Shown: positions 10,357-21,609, counted from the stretch's first letter. The stretch is DNA of 64,000 nucleotides from Polyangiaceae bacterium (GCA_965222375.1 CBDCTZ010000012.1:64001-128000), one strand, 5' to 3'. Notes: generated by a model not told the origin, from the letters alone. Translations and numbers: made by a program.

Positions 10357-10578
10357 GCCGGGCATCTTTCGTCGCATGCTTACCGGTGAAGCAAACCACA
10401 TACCAAGGAATTCACTGGCAATCGCCGGCATCGGAGTGCGAGGGTGCGGCGGCTCGGGACGCGCTGGAGCCGTAGGCGCGACACCAGCGGTCGCGTCCGG
10501 TGAGACGCCGGCTTCCAGCCATGGCGGCTGGGAACACCCCCGTTGCGAGTTGCCAAGGCTTGACGCACCATGCGGGCC

Positions 10579-11526
10579 ATGAAGCTTCATCAGACCGTTT
10601 CACTCCTGGCATTGGCAGTGGCGAGCGCTTCGACAGCGTGTTCCAGCGATGACGACTCGTCACCCTCGAGCGGCGGATCCGGAGGAGGTTTTTCTGATGC
10701 GTCGACGGGGGGCTTCGGCAACTTCGGGACCGGTGGGACATCGACAGGCGGTGTGGGCGCGACCGGCGGTGTGGGCGCGACGGGTGGTATCGGAGCAACT
10801 GGTGGCACCGGCGGTTCCGCGGGTGCGTCGGGGTCCGGTGGGGCAGGCGGCGCGTCAGATGCCGGATCAGACAGCGCAACCGGCGGGAGTGCAGGTGCGA
10901 GTGGTAGCGGCGGCGCTTCCGGCAGCGGTGGCGCCTCGGGTGGAAGTGGCGGTGCCAGTGGTGGCACTGGGGGTGCGAGCGGCGGTTCTGGTGGCGCCAC
11001 GGGAGGAACCGGCGGCGTGCCATCGGATGCCGGCACCGGGAAGTTTGTCTTTGTAACGTCGAAGACTTATCCGGCGAACTTCGCCTCGGCCGGGGACGCC
11101 GCCAAGATTGGCGCGACTGAATGCAAGCAGCTTGCCGACGCTGCTGCGAAGACCGCCGGCAAGATCTGGCACGCGTGGCTTTCGACGGGGCTGTCCGATG
11201 CGGTGTCCGGGCTGACGGGCGTGACTGGCGGTTGGCATCGAGTTGATGGCACGATGGTCTTTGCCGGCGTGGGTCAGATAACCGGTGGAAGCGCACCGAG
11301 CGCGGCAATCAACCAGGACGAGAGCGGCAAGTTGGTAGCCGGCGCAAAGGTGTGGACGGGAACCGACAAGTTTGGAAAGAAACTGAACGGCCAACATTGC
11401 GCGGCATGGTCTACGACGGCCACCTTCGGGGTCGTTGGGGGTTCGTCAGCTGTGACGAGCAAGTGGACGGATGACAGCATCGAGAGCTGTTCGGGCTCGG
11501 CGCGGCTGTACTGCTTCGAAAAGTAG
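10579..11526 (+). CDS. Lipoprotein with Gly-rich linker and DUF1554/endostatin-like C-terminal domain
   Basis: Signal ending TAC; VFVTS...AWLS...VWTGT...RLYCFE pattern. Confidence 0.78.
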   Translation: MKLHQTVSLLALAVASASTACSSDDDSSPSSGGSGGGFSDASTGGFGNFGTGGTSTGGVGATGGVGATGGIGATGGTGGSAGASGSGGAGGASDAGSDSATGGSAGASGSGGASGSGGASGGSGGASGGTGGASGGSGGATGGTGGVPSDAGTGKFVFVTSKTYPANFASAGDAAKIGATECKQLADAAAKTAGKIWHAWLSTGLSDAVSGLTGVTGGWHRVDGTMVFAGVGQITGGSAPSAAINQDESGKLVAGAKVWTGTDKFGKKLNGQHCAAWSTTATFGVVGGSSAVTSKWTDDSIESCSGSARLYCFEK

Positions 11527-11623
11527 GCGCGGAACCCGAAACCTCGCTGCGGCCCGGCGGGGCCACGGGGCCGCCGCTTGTCTTTGCTGGTACGGCCTGA
11601 ACCGTTTGCAGATGCCGCGACAC

Positions 11624-12502
11624 TCAAGGACTCATGCGGGTGATTTTTGGTGCGAAGGCTGTTCCGGTACACGTCCAACCTTCACCTTCTTCCACGCAAC
11701 GAATCAGCGCGACGGCGGTCGCGCCCAGGCGCGCGCCTGCCTCACGAACTCCGTTGTACACCGCAGCTCGCGAGCAGCCCGCTTCGCAGCGAGCAACGAT
11801 GTCTCCAATCCTTTCAGCGCCCTCGGGTGGCTCGCCCACGGCCTCCACGCGGTCCGCCGCGCGTGGCTCACGTCGACTGGCGTCCTTGGCGTGGGTGACC
11901 CGCACCCGGATGCGCCAGGCGACTGTCGACTCGTCGGTGTCTGGCTCATCGACGTCGGTCTCTTTGCCTTCCGAGGCAGGTGACGTGCGCTTGGGCGACG
12001 CAGTGTTGGTCGGTTCGCTCTGGTTGGGGATCGGACGCGCGACCTCGCCTTCGCAAGCGATGCGCGTGGTCTCCACGGTGACTTCCTTCTTCTTGCCGTC
12101 CTTTTCCTTCGTGCGTGTATCCGTGCTGGTATCCGTGTCGCAGCTGCGGCCGACCAGCGTCGTCCCACCCACGTCGGCGACCTTTCCGCGCATCGAGCTA
12201 ACGAGTTTTCTCTCCGAACACAGCACGTCGCTCAGCAAGATGTCGTACCACTCCACGTCGCCGCTCGAGTTGCTGCAGGAAGCGTTGACTTCGCCGATGA
12301 CCTCGTGACCTTTCGGCAGGACGCTCGTCTCTCTGACCTGATCCGCAGACACGACTTTGGGGTAGCGGGTTCCCGTATAGGACGCTCCACTGAGCACGGT
12401 CCCGCAGCCGGATCCGAGCAGGACGACGAAGCCGAGAGCGACTGCGCTGAGTTGAGGCTGCCGCGCTGTAGCGAAAAAATGACCATTGGCACGTTGGTTC
12501 AC
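11624..12502 (-). CDS. Hypothetical lipoprotein with two similar Cys-containing domains
   Basis: GAGGAG RBS before GTG 12502; lipobox LGSGC; repeated IG(E/D)(V/I)xAxC...G(G/A)T pattern. Confidence 0.65.
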   Translation of the reverse strand: MNQRANGHFFATARQPQLSAVALGFVVLLGSGCGTVLSGASYTGTRYPKVVSADQVRETSVLPKGHEVIGEVNASCSNSSGDVEWYDILLSDVLCSERKLVSSMRGKVADVGGTTLVGRSCDTDTSTDTRTKEKDGKKKEVTVETTRIACEGEVARPIPNQSEPTNTASPKRTSPASEGKETDVDEPDTDESTVAWRIRVRVTHAKDASRREPRAADRVEAVGEPPEGAERIGDIVARCEAGCSRAAVYNGVREAGARLGATAVALIRCVEEGEGWTCTGTAFAPKITRMSP

Positions 12503-12960
12503 ATTGACGCTCCTCGAGAGGACGAACCCAGATGTCGCACCCGGGCCCGAGGTGAAAGCCGGGCTCGGGCAACGTGCCCGAACGCCGCGAGCCCCACTGC
12601 ACCATCGATGCCAGCGGTGACCCGAGTCGCAAGCACCGCAGAAAGCCGCCTCGGCAGAGGTGTCGCGCCGAGCAGTGCAGCACCCGCGTGAACCGCGGGC
12701 TTGCGACACTGTGTACGGACTTCACGCCGTGGCCGGCGCGGTGGACGCCCAGTATTCGAATCTGGACGATGAGGTCCGTCATGTAGGTGGCGCCGAGCCC
12801 TTGTGTTTGATAATGGAGAGTCCCCACAGATAAGCGTGTTTCTCGACCTTGAGGGGGATTTCCTCATGGCTCAGCGAATGTCCTCAGCAACGCAGCGCGG
12901 TTCGGCGAGCGCACCGCTGCGCGGGTTCGTCGGGACCCCTTCGTGGCGAGCGCGGCTCTG

Positions 12961-14070
12961 ATGCTTTCGCCCCAATCTCTTCTCCGCGCTGGGTGCGTTG
13001 CCGTCGCCGCTCTGGCTCTGGCTAGCTGCTCCAAGGGCAAGGCTCAGCCCGAGGCGGGAGCGTCGGCACAGCCCGCGGGATCGGCTTCGCCGAAGACGGG
13101 CCCCAAGGTTCGCGTCGAGGTAGCCGAGCTCTTGCCTACCAAGGAGAGCCTGGTGCTGGAGCTGCCGGGAGAGGTCGAAGCGGCGCGGGATGCATTGCTA
13201 GCGGCGAGTTTGGGTGGGCACGTCGAGCGCGTGAAGGTCAAGACAGGTCAGAAAGTCAAGAAGGGCCAAGCGCTGGTTTGGGTCGATAGCGCCACCCATC
13301 GCGCCCGGGCCTCCCAAGCCAAAGTCGAATACAAAGCTGCGAAGCGCGAACTTGCCCGTGCCAAGGCGCTGGGCACTACCATCCCCAAGGCAGAAGTCGA
13401 AGCTGCTGAAACGCGTCTGCGTGCCGCCGAGGCAGCTGTGTCCACGGCGCGGGTCTCTGCCAGCCGCGCGGTCATCAAGTCTCCATTCACTGGCACGGTG
13501 GTCGACGTAGACATCGAAGTGGGAGAAGTGGCGGCGCCGGGCGTGCCCTTGGTGCGCGTCGTGAAACTCGATCCCGTCAAAGTCAGCGTTGCGGTTTCGG
13601 ATCGGGATGTGGTGGCGCTGAAAGAAGAGATGCCAGCGTTGGTCAAGTTTGCGGCGCGAGGCGAAACCGCCAATGGGCAAGTCACCCGGATCAAGCGGGC
13701 TGCGGATCTGCGCACGCGCGCATTCCAAGTCGAGGTGGAGCTGGACAACCCTGATGGCAAGTTCTTGCCGGGAATGATCGCTTCGGTACACATCGACACC
13801 AAGTCGAAGGCGGATCAGATCGTCATCAATCAAGACTGGCTCGTCACGCGTCGCAAGGATGTCGGCGTGTTCCTGGTGCGTGGCAATGTCGCGCGCTGGC
13901 GCCCGCTCAGCCTGGGGCAGGTCATGCGGGATCGGGTCGTTGTCAGCAAGGGTCTGACCAAGGGTGATGTCATCGTCATCACGGGGCATCGCGAACTGGT
14001 GGATGGGGACCGCCTGATCATCAACCGGCGCGGCAGGTGCTGTCGCGAGGGTCGCGTGGAGTTTCAGTGA
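12961..14070 (+). CDS. RND efflux periplasmic adaptor (membrane fusion protein)
   Basis: Lipobox LASC; G.V.KGQ.L, IKSPFTGTV, PGM motifs; first gene of a tripartite operon. Confidence 0.92.
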   Translation: MLSPQSLLRAGCVAVAALALASCSKGKAQPEAGASAQPAGSASPKTGPKVRVEVAELLPTKESLVLELPGEVEAARDALLAASLGGHVERVKVKTGQKVKKGQALVWVDSATHRARASQAKVEYKAAKRELARAKALGTTIPKAEVEAAETRLRAAEAAVSTARVSASRAVIKSPFTGTVVDVDIEVGEVAAPGVPLVRVVKLDPVKVSVAVSDRDVVALKEEMPALVKFAARGETANGQVTRIKRAADLRTRAFQVEVELDNPDGKFLPGMIASVHIDTKSKADQIVINQDWLVTRRKDVGVFLVRGNVARWRPLSLGQVMRDRVVVSKGLTKGDVIVITGHRELVDGDRLIINRRGRCCREGRVEFQ

Positions 14071-14077
14071 GGCGCTC

Positions 14078-17000
14078 GTGATTGCCTTTCTCGTGCGCCA
14101 CCGAGCCAGCGTTCTGTTGGCCATGGTGTGCGTGCTGATCTTCGGCGCCCTCACCTACGCACGCATGCCCCGGGAGGCGAATCCGGACGTTTCGATCCCC
14201 TTCGTCATGGTGACGACGCCCTACGTTGGCGTTTCCCCTGAAGACATCGAGACGCTCGTCACGGTACCGCTCGAAAACGAGCTCACGGGTTTGAAGGACC
14301 TGAAGGAGATGCGCAGCACCTCCGCCGAGGGTGTCAGCATGATCTCCCTCGAGTTCGAACCCGAGGTCGTGATCGAAGACGTGCTGCAGCGGGTTCGCGA
14401 TCGCGTCAGTCGCGCCACCTCGGAGCTGCCCGAGGATGCCGAGGACACCGACGTTCGCGAGATCTCCTTCAGCGACATGCCCATCATGATCTTCACCCTC
14501 GGGGGTCCGATCGACGATGTGCGCCTCAAACGCTACGGCGAGGACTTGCAGGACGAGCTCAAACGCCTGCCGGGCGTGTTGGACGTCACCCTATCCGGAG
14601 GGCGGACACGCCAGATCCGCGTTCAAGTCGATCCCGTCCGCCTCGACCACTACTCGCTTTCCTTGAACGACGTCATCGGCGCCGTATCCAGCGAAAACGT
14701 GAACATTCCTGGCGGGGACGTACGTGCGGACGGTTCTAGTTTCTTGGTTCGAGTTCCGGGCGAAATCGATCAGCCACGCGAACTCGAGGGCGTCGCCATC
14801 AAACGCGTGGGTGACCGGCCCGTGTTCATTCGCGATGTGGCTACGGTCGTCGACGGGTTCGCCGACCAACAGACCTACTCGCGCATGAATCGCGATCCCG
14901 CCATCTCCCTGGCTCTGACCAAGCGCACGGGAGCCAACATCCTGGAAGTCGCGTCCGCGGCCAAAGAGGTCACCGAACGTCACGCGAAGGGCTGGCCGGA
15001 AGGCACGGGGTATCGAGTTCTGGGGGACCAATCTCGCTTCGTCAAAGACATGGTGAGCGAACTCGAGAACAACATCATCGCCGCGCTGATTCTGGTCGTC
15101 GGGGTGGTGATGTTCTTCCTGGGCATCCGCAATAGTCTATTCGTCGCCATAGCGATTCCGCTCAGCATGCTCCTTGGGATGATCGTGCTGAAGATGCTCG
15201 ACACGACGCTGAACATCGTCGTGCTCTTTTCGCTGATCCTCGTTCTGGGAATGCTCGTGGATAACGCCATTGTGTTGGTGGAGAACATCTACCGACACTT
15301 GGAGCAGGGAAAGACCTTGGAGCAGGCTTCGGTCGACGGCGGGAAGGAGGTCGCCACGGCAGTGACTGCGTCGACGCTGACCACAGTCGCTGCGTTCGTT
15401 CCGCTAATGTTTTGGACCGGCATCATGGGTGAGTTCATGGTGTACCTGCCCTTCACGGTGGTGATCGTCCTGGTCAGCTCCCTCGTGGTCGCCGTAGGGA
15501 TCCTTCCGGTATTGACCTCGCGACTCATGAAGAAGCGCGGCAAGACCGCCGACAAGTTGCACCAGCACCCCGTGATGCGGGTCTACCGACGCTTCTTGGT
15601 CTGGTCCCTGGACCACCGCCTGGTGACTGCTGCGCTGACGCTGTTGGTCCTGATCGGTAGCTTCATGGCCTACAGGGAGCTCAACCACGGCACCGAGTTC
15701 TTTCCGGACGTCGAGCCCGACCGCGCCACCATCACCCTTCGCGCACCCGAGGGCACGGATGTCGAAGCCACGGATGCCCTGGTCCGGCGCGTAGAAGACA
15801 TCCTGGCGGCAGAAAAGAACGTCGACGTCTTCGTGTCCGAAGTGGGCGTCGCCGCATCGGACTTCTCCTCTTCCAACGCCGCCAACCAAGCCCGAATTAC
15901 AGCTGACTTCCTGCCCCACGCGACGAAGCTGCACGAGGGAGACACGGCGCGGATCGAAGATCCGCGCCGCACCATCGATCGACTTCGAGACGCGGTCGCC
16001 CTCATCCCCGGCGCAGAAATCAACGTCGACAAGGAGCGGATGGGCCCGCCGGTTGGTGCGGCCATCGCCGTCGAGGTCTCCGGCAAGAACTTTCACGAAG
16101 CCGGGCGGATTGCGACTCGGGTTCGCCGGGAGCTCGCCGAAATTCCCGGAGTGACCGACGTGTCTGACGACTATCGCGTGGGGAGACCCGAGCTGCGCTT
16201 GCAGGTGGACCGGGGTGCGGCCAAGCGAGTCGGCGCTAGCACTCAGGCCGTCGCCATGACCGTTCGCACGGCGTTGACCGGTACCAAGGCCAGCACGTTC
16301 CGAGACGGCGAGGACGAGTACGACATCACCGTGGAAATAGCGCCACGCTTCCGAGACAACATCTCCTCAATTCTGCGGCTACGCATTCCAGGGCGCATCG
16401 ACACCAGCCCGGATACCTTCGCCGTGCCGCTGTCAGCTGTGGCGGACTACAAGTTGGCTGGCGGCAGTGGCTCCGTGCGTCACTTGGCCCAGAAGCCCGT
16501 AGTCACGATTCAGGCCCAAATCGCCGAGGGCTTCAACGAAAACGCCGTGCGTGGCGAGGTCAGCAAGTACATTGCCGCCGCGAAGATGCCGGAAGGCTAC
16601 GCCCTGCGACTTGGCGGCGCCAACGACGAGCAAAAGGAGTCGGAAGCGTTCTTGAGCAACGCCTTCATGATCGCGATTTTCTTGATCGCGCTGGTCTTGG
16701 TCAGTCAGTTCAACCGCTACGATCTGCCGCTGATCATCGTGGCCTCAGTGGTGCTCAGCCTCGTCGGCGTGCTTTGGGGGCTCGTCATCACGGGTACTTC
16801 CTTCGGCGTGATCATGACGGGAGTCGGCGTGATCTCCCTCGCCGGCGTGGTGGTCAACAATGCGATCGTGCTGCTCGACTACGTGGAGCAGCTCAAACGG
16901 GAAGGCATGAGCACTCGCGACGCAGTGGTGGAAGCCGGGATGACACGCTTCCGTCCCGTGCTGCTGACGGCGATCACGACCATCTTGGGGCTCGTGCCGA

Positions 17001-17245
17001 TGGCGATTGGGCTGACCATCGATTTTCAGGAGCAGAAGATGTACCTCGGTAGCCAAACCGGCGCCTGGTGGGGGCCGATGGCGGTAGCCGTGATCTTCGG
17101 GCTCGCCTTCGCCACGGTGTTGACCTTGGTGATCGTGCCCACGCTCTACAGTCTGGTGGATGGCGCGCACACATCCATCGCCGAGTTTCGGCAACGCCTT
17201 CGCGCGTCCCGCTCGGGCGCGCCTCGCGGCGCCGACGCTGAATGA
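14078..17245 (+). CDS. RND efflux permease (AcrB/AcrD/AcrF family)
   Basis: 1055 aa, 12-TM pattern; GMLVDNAIVLVEN and RFRPVLLTAITTILGLVP motifs. Confidence 0.95.
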   Translation: MIAFLVRHRASVLLAMVCVLIFGALTYARMPREANPDVSIPFVMVTTPYVGVSPEDIETLVTVPLENELTGLKDLKEMRSTSAEGVSMISLEFEPEVVIEDVLQRVRDRVSRATSELPEDAEDTDVREISFSDMPIMIFTLGGPIDDVRLKRYGEDLQDELKRLPGVLDVTLSGGRTRQIRVQVDPVRLDHYSLSLNDVIGAVSSENVNIPGGDVRADGSSFLVRVPGEIDQPRELEGVAIKRVGDRPVFIRDVATVVDGFADQQTYSRMNRDPAISLALTKRTGANILEVASAAKEVTERHAKGWPEGTGYRVLGDQSRFVKDMVSELENNIIAALILVVGVVMFFLGIRNSLFVAIAIPLSMLLGMIVLKMLDTTLNIVVLFSLILVLGMLVDNAIVLVENIYRHLEQGKTLEQASVDGGKEVATAVTASTLTTVAAFVPLMFWTGIMGEFMVYLPFTVVIVLVSSLVVAVGILPVLTSRLMKKRGKTADKLHQHPVMRVYRRFLVWSLDHRLVTAALTLLVLIGSFMAYRELNHGTEFFPDVEPDRATITLRAPEGTDVEATDALVRRVEDILAAEKNVDVFVSEVGVAASDFSSSNAANQARITADFLPHATKLHEGDTARIEDPRRTIDRLRDAVALIPGAEINVDKERMGPPVGAAIAVEVSGKNFHEAGRIATRVRRELAEIPGVTDVSDDYRVGRPELRLQVDRGAAKRVGASTQAVAMTVRTALTGTKASTFRDGEDEYDITVEIAPRFRDNISSILRLRIPGRIDTSPDTFAVPLSAVADYKLAGGSGSVRHLAQKPVVTIQAQIAEGFNENAVRGEVSKYIAAAKMPEGYALRLGGANDEQKESEAFLSNAFMIAIFLIALVLVSQFNRYDLPLIIVASVVLSLVGVLWGLVITGTSFGVIMTGVGVISLAGVVVNNAIVLLDYVEQLKREGMSTRDAVVEAGMTRFRPVLLTAITTILGLVPMAIGLTIDFQEQKMYLGSQTGAWWGPMAVAVIFGLAFATVLTLVIVPTLYSLVDGAHTSIAEFRQRLRASRSGAPRGADAE

Positions 17246-18858
17246 AAGGAAACGCGAACATGACGCTTTTGGACAGCGGTGACACTTCAGCTAGTGACTC
17301 CCGCGGCCCCGCGCACCTGTGGGGAGCGCGCTCCGCTCTCGTGCTGAGAGGGTTGCTGCTCGCAACATCCGTGAGCTTCACTGCATTGGCTCAGCCCGCG
17401 GTCCCGGAGACGGACCCCGAGGCGGACCCCCTGGGACGACCCGAGGCGCAGGAACTCCCCCCCGAGGAGCAGAGCCTCAAGACGATCGCCGAGCGGCTTC
17501 AGAAAGTGTTGGGGCGCGGCGGGGGGCTCACCGCCGACCAGGTCGGGCGGCGTGCGGCTGCCACCAGTTTCGATGTCAAGGCGAAGCTCCAAGAGGTGCG
17601 CGCGGCGGAAGCCGACGTCGATCGCGCAGTGATGGCTTTCGTGCCCAGGCTGACTTTGACCGGGCGCTACACTCGACTGTCCCGAGTCGATGATTCCTCC
17701 GTGGGGCCGGACCAAGGAAGCCTGGTGGGCACGACCGCGCCGCCGGGACCCTTGCCCCCGGGCGCGCCGTTGATCGGCATACCCGCATCGGCCTTCTCGT
17801 TTCCGCAGGTGCTCGACCAATGGCTCTTGAACGCCAACCTGACGGTGCCGATCTCGGACTACGTGCTGTCCACGTCCAAGGCCCACACCGCTGCAAAGAC
17901 ATCGCGCCGCGCGGCAGAGCTCGGGGTCCAGGCCACCAAGCTCCAGGCGGCGGCCAACGCAAAAGTCGCTTACTACGATTGGGTCCGCGCGCGCCTGTCC
18001 GAAGTCGTCGCTAACGAGTCCGCGGCTCAGGCCAAGGCTCAGTTGGACGCTGTGAAGCTATCCCAAACCGCCGGGCGCGCATCCGATGCAGATGTGTTGC
18101 GCGCGGAGGCCGGTCTGGCCAACGCGCGGCTGCTCGAAACTCGCGCCAAGAGCCTGGTGCGAGTAGCGGAAGCCCGCATTCGAGTGGCCATGCACGACCA
18201 GCGCACGCCTCGGTTCGAAATCGGCGAGCAAGTACTCGCCCTGCGCCCCGGTGACGACGAGCGTGGCAGCGTCGAGAGCCTCGTCCGTGAGGCGATCCGA
18301 AAACGCTTGGAGCTACGTGCTCTAGAGCAAACCTCTCGGTCTCTCGAGAAGCAGAGCTCGGTCATACGCTCCACGCAGGTCCCGCGACTCGAAGCCTTCG
18401 GCAACTTCAACTACGCCAACCCCAACGCCCGGGTCTTCCCTCAGGAAAAGAAGTGGCGGTCGACCTGGGACATTGGCGTGCAAGTGATCTGGACGCCCAA
18501 CGACCTGGGCATTGCACCGGCACAGGCTCGAGGCCTCGACGCCCAGCGGGAGCAGGTGCGCTATCAGAAGAAGTCCCTCGAGGACGCGGTGCGACTCGAG
18601 GTCACCCAAGCCCGCTCGGCCCTGACCGAAGCGCGCGCCTCCGTGGAGGCGACCAAGCGCGGCCTGGTGGCCGCCGAGGCGTCCTACAAGGCGCGCAGCA
18701 AGCTGTACCGCTTTGGCCGCGCGACGTCCCTCGAGGTCTTTGACGCCGAGGTCGCGCTGCTGCGTGCGCGCCTATCCTGGATTGACGCCTACGTCGCCCT
18801 GCGGGTGGCTCGGGTCCAGCTTGACCACGCGGTGGGCCGCGACGTCAAGGTTCGCTGA
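17242..18858 (+). CDS. TolC-family outer membrane efflux protein
   Basis: Helical repeats, YRFGRATSLEV motif; overlaps the RND stop codon. Confidence 0.88.
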   Translation: MKGNANMTLLDSGDTSASDSRGPAHLWGARSALVLRGLLLATSVSFTALAQPAVPETDPEADPLGRPEAQELPPEEQSLKTIAERLQKVLGRGGGLTADQVGRRAAATSFDVKAKLQEVRAAEADVDRAVMAFVPRLTLTGRYTRLSRVDDSSVGPDQGSLVGTTAPPGPLPPGAPLIGIPASAFSFPQVLDQWLLNANLTVPISDYVLSTSKAHTAAKTSRRAAELGVQATKLQAAANAKVAYYDWVRARLSEVVANESAAQAKAQLDAVKLSQTAGRASDADVLRAEAGLANARLLETRAKSLVRVAEARIRVAMHDQRTPRFEIGEQVLALRPGDDERGSVESLVREAIRKRLELRALEQTSRSLEKQSSVIRSTQVPRLEAFGNFNYANPNARVFPQEKKWRSTWDIGVQVIWTPNDLGIAPAQARGLDAQREQVRYQKKSLEDAVRLEVTQARSALTEARASVEATKRGLVAAEASYKARSKLYRFGRATSLEVFDAEVALLRARLSWIDAYVALRVARVQLDHAVGRDVKVR

Positions 18859-19001
18859 GCGCCGAGCTCAGTTCTTTTTCGCGGGGCACTCCGAAAGCGC
18901 CGGCGGCGGCGGTGGATTCCCGGGAAGCAAGAGCAGATCTTGCCGTCCGTCATTCCGCTTTACTCCGGGAAGCGGCAGTCCATCCCGACTGCAATGAGTT
19001 T

Positions 19002-19895
19002 CTAGGGTTGCCCACCAACTGGAGTCGAAGCGAACAGTTCTTTGGCGAAGTCGGGCGCTTCGGGCATCGCGCCCGGATGCGACGCTACCCAGGCGGCGTA
19101 GCGATTCGCACGCTCGAGCACGGCTAGCGGCTCCAGGCCTCGCGCCAGACCCAGGCCGAGCACCGCCGTGAATGCGTCTCCCGCGCCGACGGCGTCGCCT
19201 CCTGCTGTAGCCGCGACGCCCGCGTCGAATAGTCGCTGGGTCGGCAGATAGAGCTCGGCGCCCTCGGCGCCCCGGGTCACCGCGACAACCCGAGCTTGCC
19301 CGGCTTCGAAGAGCCGGGAGATCACGTCCCGGCACTGCAGCAGCACTGCGAGGTCCTCGCGCTCCTGCTCGTTCATCTTCACGACCTGCGCCGCAAGGAT
19401 GCACCGCTCCACGGCAGATCGCGTCAGGTGAGGCGGGCGCAGGTTCACGTCGCAGACCCGTAGGGGGCCAGGTGCTTGGAGGACCTGCGAGAGTGCGCCC
19501 AGGGCGAGGGGAGTGCGCTGGGCCAAGGTGCCGTAGAACAGGACGTCGGCGTCGGCGATGACCGCCTCGGTGGCCGGCGTCAGCGCGATGCGATCCCAGG
19601 CCGCAACTTGGCTCATGCGAAAGCTCGGTTGATCCCCGACGATTCGGACCTGCACGCTGCCGGTGGGCGCCGAGTCATCGATGCGGACGCAGGACACGTC
19701 GACGCCCCGGGCGCGCATCTGCTCGAGGGCGCGAGTCCCCCGTTCGTCGCGGCCCACGCAGCTGACCAGGCTGGCCTGGGCGCCGAGGGCGCGGGCGTGA
19801 TGGGCGACATTGGCTGCCGCACCTCCCAGTCGGTCGCCATCTGGGAAGCGATCCCAGAGCAACTCGCCCCAACTCACGGCGCGAAGTGGTCCCAT
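19002..19895 (-). CDS. PfkB-family carbohydrate kinase (fructokinase-like)
   Basis: GELLWD, GGAAANVA, DVNLR, DAVGAGDAF motifs. Confidence 0.9.
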   Translation of the reverse strand: MGPLRAVSWGELLWDRFPDGDRLGGAAANVAHHARALGAQASLVSCVGRDERGTRALEQMRARGVDVSCVRIDDSAPTGSVQVRIVGDQPSFRMSQVAAWDRIALTPATEAVIADADVLFYGTLAQRTPLALGALSQVLQAPGPLRVCDVNLRPPHLTRSAVERCILAAQVVKMNEQEREDLAVLLQCRDVISRLFEAGQARVVAVTRGAEGAELYLPTQRLFDAGVAATAGGDAVGAGDAFTAVLGLGLARGLEPLAVLERANRYAAWVASHPGAMPEAPDFAKELFASTPVGGQP

Positions 19896-19987
19896 CAATG
19901 CCGGAGATCTTCGCGGTTCAGCGTTTCGGGTGCAACGCTTCGGAGCAACTTGTGGAGCGCCCTTGCCTGTGCTTCGCTGCCGCGGCG

Positions 19988-21238
19988 ATGGGCACGCGGG
20001 CAAAAGCCAGGACGTGGCTCGGCCTGCTCGGGCTGTGCAGCCTGGGCTGCGGCGCGCCCGAACCGGCCGAAAACACGGGCGGCACCACGCTGCCCCCGGG
20101 TGCCTGCGGGCGTGGCAGTGTCGTGGTGTCTTCGGACTATCAATCGACCAACGTGTCTCTGGTGGACCTGGACGGCAAGGTGCTCTCAGAGTCCTTTCTG
20201 TCGTCTGGAACCACCGCCGCGGGGCTCTCGGCGCCGCTATCCGGCGACGTGGCCTTGCCTTCTACGAGCGCCAGCGGCGACGAGATCGTCGTCATCGATC
20301 GCTATCCGGCGTCGGTGCTCACCTGGGTCGGCGTTGCGGATGGTCAGGTTCGCGGCCAGCTGTCCGTCAAGACGGGCTTCGCGGCCAACCCCAAAGACTA
20401 TCTGCGTCTCGAAGACGGCCGCGCCTACGTCAGCCGCTTCGAGCCCAACTCGAGCGCAGGCAAGGAGCCCTTCGATGCCGGCGACGACATCGTCGTCTTG
20501 GCCGCGGACCACTCGAAGATCGAAACGCGGCTCGATCTCGCGTCGGCTATGAGCGGTGAGGCGCCTGAGTTCTTCGTGCGCCCCAGTCGAATGCTCGAGG
20601 TCGGTGGTCGAGTGCTCGTGCTCTCTCAGGGCTACACCAAGAGCTATGACGCTGAGGCGCCGTCGCGTCTGATCGCCATCGACCCGAAGACGGACAGCAT
20701 CGAGCGGGTGCTCGTGCTCGACGGCGCGCATGGTTGCATCGCGATGGCGCTCGCACCGGGCGACGCGTTGTTGGCTCTCAGTTGCGCGGGGGAATTCGCA
20801 GGTGGCGACGATCCCAGGCTGGACTCGAGCGCAGTCGTGCTCGTGGACCCGGTGGCTATGAAGGAAGTCCGGCGCTTCGAGGCGCTGAACACTTCCAATG
20901 CGCCTTTTGGTTATGGGATTGGGTTTATGTCGGCTGAGCAGCTCATCGTAACCACCCTCGGCAGAGAGGACATATCTGGTCAGGCATCGCGGCCGGACCG
21001 CGTGCTGAGCTTGCCCGTTGCTGGAGGCCCGGCGACGGAGCTGCTGCGCTCGGACAGGCGCGTGGCCGTGGTGCTCGATGTGCGTTGCTACGCTCAGTGC
21101 GAGCGCTGCTTCGTGACCGACGCGGAGCGCGGCGTATTGCACCACGTCCGGTTGGGGACCGATGGGCAGACCAAAGTGACGGGTTCGAGTCGGGTGGAGC
21201 AGACTATTGGCGAGCCTCGGGCCCTCGGAGCGTTCTGA
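19988..21238 (+). CDS. Hypothetical beta-propeller lipoprotein
   Basis: Lipobox SLGC; repeated beta-strand blades (SDYQS, NPKD, AYVSRF). Confidence 0.7.
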   Translation: MGTRAKARTWLGLLGLCSLGCGAPEPAENTGGTTLPPGACGRGSVVVSSDYQSTNVSLVDLDGKVLSESFLSSGTTAAGLSAPLSGDVALPSTSASGDEIVVIDRYPASVLTWVGVADGQVRGQLSVKTGFAANPKDYLRLEDGRAYVSRFEPNSSAGKEPFDAGDDIVVLAADHSKIETRLDLASAMSGEAPEFFVRPSRMLEVGGRVLVLSQGYTKSYDAEAPSRLIAIDPKTDSIERVLVLDGAHGCIAMALAPGDALLALSCAGEFAGGDDPRLDSSAVVLVDPVAMKEVRRFEALNTSNAPFGYGIGFMSAEQLIVTTLGREDISGQASRPDRVLSLPVAGGPATELLRSDRRVAVVLDVRCYAQCERCFVTDAERGVLHHVRLGTDGQTKVTGSSRVEQTIGEPRALGAF

Positions 21239-21609
21239 TGCTCTTCGACGTCGTCGCGATGATCTTCGGGATCCTGTGGTCCATTCGCAAGATGGAGATC
21301 CGGCGCACCTATCGCCCTCCGGAGCTATCCGAGGAGCGCTTCGACCACTGGCAGCGCCGAGCGCTGGCGGCCTACAACCTCGGGATCTTCGTCTGCTTCG
21401 GCAAGATCATCCTCGGCTACACTTTCCAATATGCAGCGGCCCAACTGCAGCTCGCCTGGGCGGCGGTGCGGGTCATGGGCGGGAGCATCTTCTTCCTGTG
21501 GCTGATCGGGCTGGTCTGGAGCGTTGTTTTGGCCCGGCGAGCCCGGATAAGCGGCGCAGCTCTAGGCATCGACAGCCGCATGACAGCGCCCGATCCTCCG
21601 GCCGCCTAG
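21238..21609 (+). CDS. Hypothetical membrane protein
   Basis: TGATG coupling with the upstream gene; three hydrophobic segments. Confidence 0.7.
   Translation: MLFDVVAMIFGILWSIRKMEIRRTYRPPELSEERFDHWQRRALAAYNLGIFVCFGKIILGYTFQYAAAQLQLAWAAVRVMGGSIFFLWLIGLVWSVVLARRARISGAALGIDSRMTAPDPPAA

Noticed and set aside
12520..12900. Possible small gene or pseudogene between the lipoprotein and the RND operon
   Set aside because: Some minus-strand stretches look coding-like, but no frame gives a recognisable protein.
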